A DNA stretch of 64,000 bases, from contig CAWHMS010000001.1 in NCBI GenBank assembly GCA_963830495.1, positions 637,917 to 701,916 of the forward strand, read 5' to 3'. Shown here piece after piece: positions 58,123 through 64,000 of this stretch. How positions within the stretch are numbered: position 1 is the first letter of the stretch; every line of letters starts with the position of its first letter. The notes under the pieces were generated by a model, which worked only from the letters and a program-made list of their open reading frames with translations, ran no database searches and was not told the origin of the DNA. A program made the translations under genes and the position numbers. This stretch comes from an uncultured Actinomycetota bacterium. GTDB lineage: Bacteria > Actinomycetota > Actinomycetes > Propionibacteriales > Nocardioidaceae.

Positions 58123-61100
58123 ATGGGTATCGCCGTACTCGGCCCGCTCCAGGTCGACGGCCAAAGCAACGGACTGAGCCCGAGAGACCGGGTGGTTCTC
58201 TCGGCGCTCGCCGTGAACGCCCGCGAGCCGATGACCACACAGGCCCTCGCCGATGCGTTGTGGGGGAATGAGCTGCCGGCGTCGTGGGCGAAGGTCGTGC
58301 ACGGCTGCGTCTCACGGTTACGAAAGCGGCTCGGGACCGCAGCCATCGACTCGGGCCCTTACGGATACTGCTTGACCCTGGGCGAGGACGAGCTCGACTT
58401 CCGGGCGTTCGAGCGGCTGCTCGAGCGCGGCCGGGAGGCGCTGTCTGGCGGGGACCCACAACGGTCGTCCTACCTGGTCCAGGAGGCGTTGGACCTGTGG
58501 AGGGGCGGGGCTTGGGGGACCTGGCGGAGTGGGAGCCCGGCAGGGTGGAGGCCGTGCGGCTCGAGGGTCTGCGGATGGAGGCCGAGGAGCTGCACGTCGA
58601 GGCTGAGCTCCTGACGGGCCATGCGCCAGCCGTGCTGGATCAGGCACGGGCGCTGGTGGGGCAGGCGCCGTTGCGGGAGCGGCGCTGGGCGCTGATGGCC
58701 ACGGCGCTCTACCAGGCGGGCCGGCAGGCGGAGGCGCTCGGCGCGGTGAAGCGGGCTCGCACGATGCTGGCGGACGAGCTGGGCCTGGATCCCGGCCGGG
58801 AGCTCGTGGAGCTCGAGCAGCAGTTGCTGCGGCAAGATCCGTCGTTGACGGCGCTGGTGGGCCGCCAGGTCAGCGCAGTCTGTCCCTATCGGGGGCTGCT
58901 GCCCTACGGCGCGGAGGACGCCGAGTCGTTCTTCGGCCGGGAGGACGACGTCGCCTGCGTGCCTGAGGCGGCTGCGGGACTCCGGGGTTCTCGCGGTTGT
59001 CGGGCCGTCCGGAATCGGCAAGTCCTCGCTGGTCCGCGCGGGGGTGGTGGCGTCGCTGGTCCGGGCCGGGACTCCGGTCTTGGTGACCACGCCGGGCGAG
59101 CACCCGGTGGACTCGCTGAGCGGGTTGAAGGCGCGCGGCCGGCAGACCCTGGTGGTGGACCAGGCCGAGGAAGCAGTCACCGTCTGCTCGGATCCCGGTG
59201 AGCGGGAGAGGTACTTTGCCGCGCTGGCCGCCCACGTGGACGCGGGCGGGGCGCTGGTGGTCTCTTTGCGAGCCGATCACCTGGGCGACCTCGCGCCGTA
59301 CCCGGACATCGTACGCGTCCTGGAGGATGGCCTGTACCTGCTCGGCCCCATGGGCGAACCGGACCTGCGCATCGCAATCGAGGGCCCGGCCCGTCGCGCC
59401 GGGCTGCGGCTTGAACCCGGCCTGGTCGACCTCCTGGTCCGCGAGGTCGAGGGCGAACCCGCAGCATTGCCGATGCTCTCGCATGTGCTGCGGGAGACCT
59501 GGGAACGCCGAGAGGGGCCGACCCTCACAGTGGCGGGATACCGAGCCACCGGCGGCATCCGCTCCGCCGTGTCACAATCGGCCGAGTCCCTCTACGACGC
59601 CATGACCCCGGTGCAACGCGGCCGGCTGCGCGACCTGCTGCTCCGACTCGTGATGCCCACCGAGGACGGCGACCCGGTCCGAGCCCACGTACCGCGCGCC
59701 AAGCTCGCCGGCGACGCCGCACATGCCCGAATCGTCGAGGAGCTCGTGGAGGCTCGGCTGGTCAGCATCGACGAGGACACTGTCCAGATAGCCCATGAGG
59801 CGCTCGTGCGGGCCTGGCCGCGGCTACGCGGCTGGCTCGATGACGACATCGACGGACAACGCATCTTCCGGCACCTGGCCGGTGCCGCCGACGCCTGGGA
59901 CGGCATGGGCCGCCCGGACAGTGAGCTCTACCGCGGGGCCAGGCTCAGCCGCACCCTGGAGTGGCGCGACCGCGCCGCCCCCGATCTGAACGACACCGAG
60001 GCCGCGTTCATCGCCGCCTCCGCGGCACTCTCCGACACCGAACTGCGCGCGGCCGAGAGCCGGGTCGCGCAGCAACGCAAGGTCAACCGCCGACTCCGCA
60101 ACGCCCTCGCCGGTGTCGGCGTACTGCTCGTGCTCACCCTGGTCGTGGGAGTCATCGCCATCCGCACCGCCGACCGGGCACAGCTCGACCGGGACCGCGC
60201 CGAGAGCGCTGCCAACCTGGCGGATGCGGAGGAGGCCAGCGCCCAGGCCGCCCTGCACGAGGATGTCGCCACCGGGCTGCTCCTCGCAGTCGCCGCGCTC
60301 CGGGTCGACCCCTCGCCCCAGGCCTGGGAGAACCTGGGTTCGGCGCTGACGCGTGCGGGTCCCCTGGCAGGTATGCGTGACCTCGGCGATCTTGTCGGAC
60401 GACCCGGCACCGCGTGGATCGCATCCAGTGCGGCGAGTGCGGATGGGGCGCTGGTGGCGGCCAGCCTTGCCGAGGAAGGGGTCCAGCTCCTTGACGCCCC
60501 GTCGCTCACGCCCATGGCGTTCGCCGACGACACCCCGAGCAGCGCTGTCGCCTTCTCCCCGGACGGCAAGCAGTTGGCGGTGGCGGTCAACCAGTTCAAC
60601 GGTGCGGGCCCGCCGAGAATCGCCGCCCTGCCTATCCGGCTCTACGACATGCCGGGGGGCTCGCGGTCCGAGGCCCAGCTCGGCGGTCTGCCCGACGGCA
60701 GTGCTGTCGAGTACTCCCTCGCCTTCAGCAGGGACGGTAGTCGGCTGGCGGCTGCGGCGCTGCTCAGGGACAGGTCGCGATCTGAGTGGAATCCGCGGGG
60801 CACCGCCGCGGTCTGGGACCTGTCCGATCCCGGGGAGCCCGTGTTCGAGAAGCGGGTGCCGGACTTCGCAACGACGGCACTGAGCCCCGACGGCGGACGC
60901 CTCTACCTGGTGGCCCCCGGCGAGCGGCCGCTGCGCGTGTACGACGTCGACTCTGGCCTCCTGATCGCGTCCACCAGCGCGCCACAACTTACGAACGTCA
61001 GCGACAACGCCATGGACGTCAGTCCCGACGGCTCCACCCTTGCCATCGCCAACGCCAGCCAGGTCCTGCGTCTCGACACCACGACCCTGCAGGTCCGCGG

Positions 61101-62355
61101 ACCCGCACTCAGCGGGCACACCGCCCCGGTGGCAGACGTCGGCTACTCCCACAAGGGGCGACTCATCGTGACGGCGTCAGCCGACGGCACAGCCATCGTC
61201 TGGGATGCCCGCACGGGTGCCCAGCTCCATCGGTTCGTCGCTCGCGGCGCGCTCAACAATGCCGTCTTCGGTGCCGACGACCAGAGCGTGTACACCACGG
61301 GTGGCGACGGGCTCCTGATGGCCTGGGAGGTAAAGGGTGCAAGCCGTCTGCTGACCCTAGGTGAGGACTCCGCCAGCGCGACTAGCCGCGAGCCGTACTC
61401 CCTTTCGCTCCCGGCACCGGACGGTCACACAGTGGCTCGCGTCCGCACCGGGAACCTGTGGTTCGACGATGCCCGAACCGGCCGGCGGATCACGCGCCCG
61501 GTTCCGACCCAGGACACGTACTTCGTTTGGTCGCCCAATGCACGCTGGCTGCTGTCCGGGGGTGAGAACGACGTCATCAAGCTGTGGGACAAGAGCACAG
61601 GAGCCAAAGTCGCCGAGGCGCGAACGGGCGAGGGGAGCGACCTACTGGCCGCGTTCAGCGCCGACAGCAGCAAGATCCACGTCAGAAAGTCAGCCTCAGT
61701 GATCGCGACCCTTGACCGGGCGTCGCTGCGGCCGGCATACGACGACATCCGGCTGGGAACGGGTGTGTGGGCCCTCCTGCCACATCCCAAGGACGGTTCC
61801 GTAATCGCACTCCAGTACGACGGTTCATTCGCCCGGGTCCGGCCCGAGACCGGAGAGATCCTGAGCCGCACGCCGCCGGGACTGTTGCCGAGCGAGGACC
61901 AAATCGGCGCGCTGTCGCCCGACGGGTCCCTCATGGCCACGCCCGACACCAACCACAACGTCCGGCTACTCGATCTCGCGACCCTGGCATGGGTCGGGCC
62001 GGACTCGCAGACACCAGTAGGCACGCACCTCATCTACGCACCAGATGGCAGCCAGTTCGCCACGCTCCAGCCGGAGCGCATCCAGTTCTGGGACGGCCGG
62101 ACCGGCGAGTACCAGGCCAGCCTGCCGCTGCCCAGCCGCAGAACGCTCCTCACAGTCTCGTACCTGCCCGACAGCACCGGACTTCTCATCGCCTCCACCG
62201 ACGGCAGGACCTGGTCTGTGGACACCCGCACCAGCGCATGGATGCAATCAGCCTGCAGGACAGCCGGCCGCAACCTCACGCAGGCCGAGTGGAAGCAGTA
62301 CTTCCCCAACATGCGCTACGAGGCCACCTGCCCCCAGTGGCCGCCGGGAACTTGA
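58123..62355 (+). pseudogene. SARP (wHTH+BTAD) / STAND P-loop NTPase / TM / WD40 giant regulator, two frameshifts
   Basis: Frame 1 (58123-~58505) gives the OmpR-type wHTH. Frame 0 (~58510-~58953) gives BTAD plus CPYRGLLPYGAEDAESFFGRE. Frame 1 from ~58957 gives LRDSGVLAVVGPSGIGKSSLVRAG (Walker A), the STAND body, the TM helix NALAGVGVLLVLTLVVGVIAI, and WD40 blades (TASADGTAIVWDARTG, NDVIKLWDKSTG). Confidence 0.75.
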
Positions 62356-62389
62356 GCCGGACCGGGCCCGACAGCGGACGAGGTGGTTC

Positions 62390-62936
62390 CTGGTAGTAGA
62401 ACAAGCAACGCCTTGGCCTGGGCGGCGGACAGGTCCCGCTTCGCACCGCCCGGGATCAGCTCGAGGAGCAGCTGGTGCAACTGAGAGACCTTGCGGGTGT
62501 GCTCCTCGCCCAGCGAGCGGCGACGGTCGACCAGGAGTCGCAGCACCGCGAGCTGCTCGTCGTTGACCACCGGCCGCAGCCCGCTCATCCGGGTGCCGAC
62601 CAGCGCGACGCAGTGTGCGTCGGTGGCGTCTGTCTTGCGGCCCTGTCCGGTGGCGAACACCCGGACACGGGCGGACAGCTTGGGCGGGACGTCGACGACC
62701 TCCTCGCCGTCGGCCAGGAGCCGGACGGCGATGTGCTTGCCGATCCCGGCACAGCCCTCGATGGCCCAGACCCGGTCAGGCCACTGGTTGGCGTAGCGCC
62801 GCAGCTCTGCGTATCCCTCGCGGTCGGTGGCGAACCGGCCCCCGCCGACGATGGTCTCGTCGGCAGTCATCACGTCGATCGTCGCCGAGCGCTTGTGCGG
62901 GTCCATCCCGATCAACCGATCTGTTGTTGCGTTCAC
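62390..62936 (-). mobile_element. IS110-family transposase, N-terminal (DEDD) half only
   Basis: GGAGGAACAGC lies before the GTG at 62936. LIGMDPHKRSATIDV, WAIEGCAGIGKHIA and GRKTDATDAHCVA are IS110 N-domain motifs. Homology fades after ..LSAAQAKALL, the C-terminal domain is absent, and the ORF runs into the 3' end of the WD40 gene. Confidence 0.75.
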
Positions 62937-63257
62937 GCTGTTCCTCCGATGCTCGAACCACATTGGTTGTCGAGCCGGGAGGGCAACGCTGCTTCGAGCA
63001 CGGCAAACCCCTCTTGAGCCTCTCCTGGCCCTGGCGACGCCCGGGCTACGCAGGCCAAATGAGAACCACACGACCAGCGTGGGCAGCCGATGTGAGAGCG
63101 ACAGCCCTGGCGCCTGGACCGAGCCTCGCCAGGCACCGGTCCTGGGTCAATGGAACAAGCAGCCGATGAGCGGACGGGTCATTCCGCCCTCTGCGCCGCG
63201 GGTCACCGACTTCGGACAGCGAGAACACAGACCTGGACATACTCGGGCGATCCGGCG

Positions 63258-64000
63258 TCAGGCCGCAGGCTCGCCGAAGAAGACCCGGCGCGCCGCCTCA
63301 TCCGCGGTGAGCCCGTCGGGGCCGCACGCCTCCAAGGTCGCGAACCCGCCAAGAGTTGGGTCCGCCTCACGGGCGGAAGCGTTGAGTTCCCGACGGCGTG
63401 TGCCTTCGGGTCCCTCCTCATGCTCGATGAGGGCGAGCCACCGGTCGTAGGCGCGCAGCACGTCGTAGTACGCCTCACGCTGCTTGGCGAACTCGTTGGT
63501 AGCGCGCTGCCAATCACGGTCCGCAAGGAGGAGCTCGCCCAGCAGGCGTACGTCCCGAAAGAGCAGTGACGTGCCGAGGCCCTGGGTCGGGTCCAGCGCC
63601 CCGGCCGCATCTCCCACGAGGACCATGGGTCCGCGGGTGACGTGGCTTGCCCACGTGCAGCTGTTGGCGAAGAAGCCGAGTGGTCCGGCAGGATACGCGC
63701 CGTCGAACGTGCCCTCCGGCACGGCCTTGGCGGCGAAGGCGATGAAGGCCTCGGTCGAACGCCCTACTCCTGTCTCGTGAACCCGCTGGGCGGTCAGCCG
63801 GATGTAGACACGGCACGAGTCGGCGCCGTTGAGGAACCATCCCACCACGTTCTCGGGCGTGCTGGCCCAGCCGAACGTGTCGTCCCAGTGAACCCCTGAC
63901 AGGAGAAGGCCGCCGAATCGGTGGTGCTCCGGGTCTGTCACGGTCTCAGCCTTCAACCAGCGCCGGGCGCCGGAGGTCTTGCCGTCGGCACCGACCACCA
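63258..64000 (-). CDS. FAD-dependent monooxygenase (UbiH/PheA-type), C-terminal part; 5' end beyond the window
   Basis: VGADGKTSGARRWL and MVLVGDAAGALDPTQGLGTSLLFRDVRLL (FAD ribityl-binding GD motif) are present. The frame is open to the window edge. Confidence 0.8.
   Translation of the reverse strand, partial: VVGADGKTSGARRWLKAETVTDPEHHRFGGLLLSGVHWDDTFGWASTPENVVGWFLNGADSCRVYIRLTAQRVHETGVGRSTEAFIAFAAKAVPEGTFDGAYPAGPLGFFANSCTWASHVTRGPMVLVGDAAGALDPTQGLGTSLLFRDVRLLGELLLADRDWQRATNEFAKQREAYYDVLRAYDRWLALIEHEEGPEGTRRRELNASAREADPTLGGFATLEACGPDGLTADEAARRVFFGEPAA

Noticed and set aside
58501-58960. Programmed ribosomal frameshifting in the SARP-STAND gene, or programmed readthrough of the TAA at 18701.
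   Set aside because: I see no slippery heptamer or downstream structure. The shifts go in different directions. The surrounding window is full of ordinary pseudogenes, so decay or sequencing error at the G-run is the simpler explanation.

Overview
High-G+C, actinobacterial-type chromosomal segment (composition judged by eye, not computed). I support about 45 intact-looking protein genes. These include two ABC exporters, Zn-ADH, a FAD-linked oxidase, G6PD, class I FBP aldolase, MFS, AI-2E and MgtE-type transporters, a PadR/methyltransferase cluster, a tandem USP, a CPBP protease and a three-gene membrane-lipid cluster. Cell-envelope proteins are also present: a 1311-aa LPXTG protein with 7 Ig-like repeats, a SpaA/Cna-B-like secreted protein and several lipoproteins. 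I found no rRNA, no complete tRNA and no CRISPR array. The main feature of the window is gene decay. At least 15 loci are fragments, frameshifted genes, nonsense-interrupted genes or deletion chimeras, and there are truncated IS110 and IS30 transposase remnants. The four observations I rate highest are listed here. (1) A roughly 1410-aa SARP / STAND-NTPase / TM / WD40 protein can be rebuilt from three reading frames. It sits next to a triple GGGGTATC direct repeat with 22/11-bp spacing in its divergent promoter. (2) A perfect 35-bp direct repeat equal to the 3' half of a tRNA brackets 13.4 kb, and neither copy is a complete tRNA. (3) A membrane-anchored protein gene contains a 4.35 x 60-bp near-identical coding repeat, and one unit carries an in-frame TAA. 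(4) A duplicated ~200-bp 'leader + small ORF' module sits in front of two unrelated envelope genes. All homology statements rest on motif recognition by eye; no searches were run.
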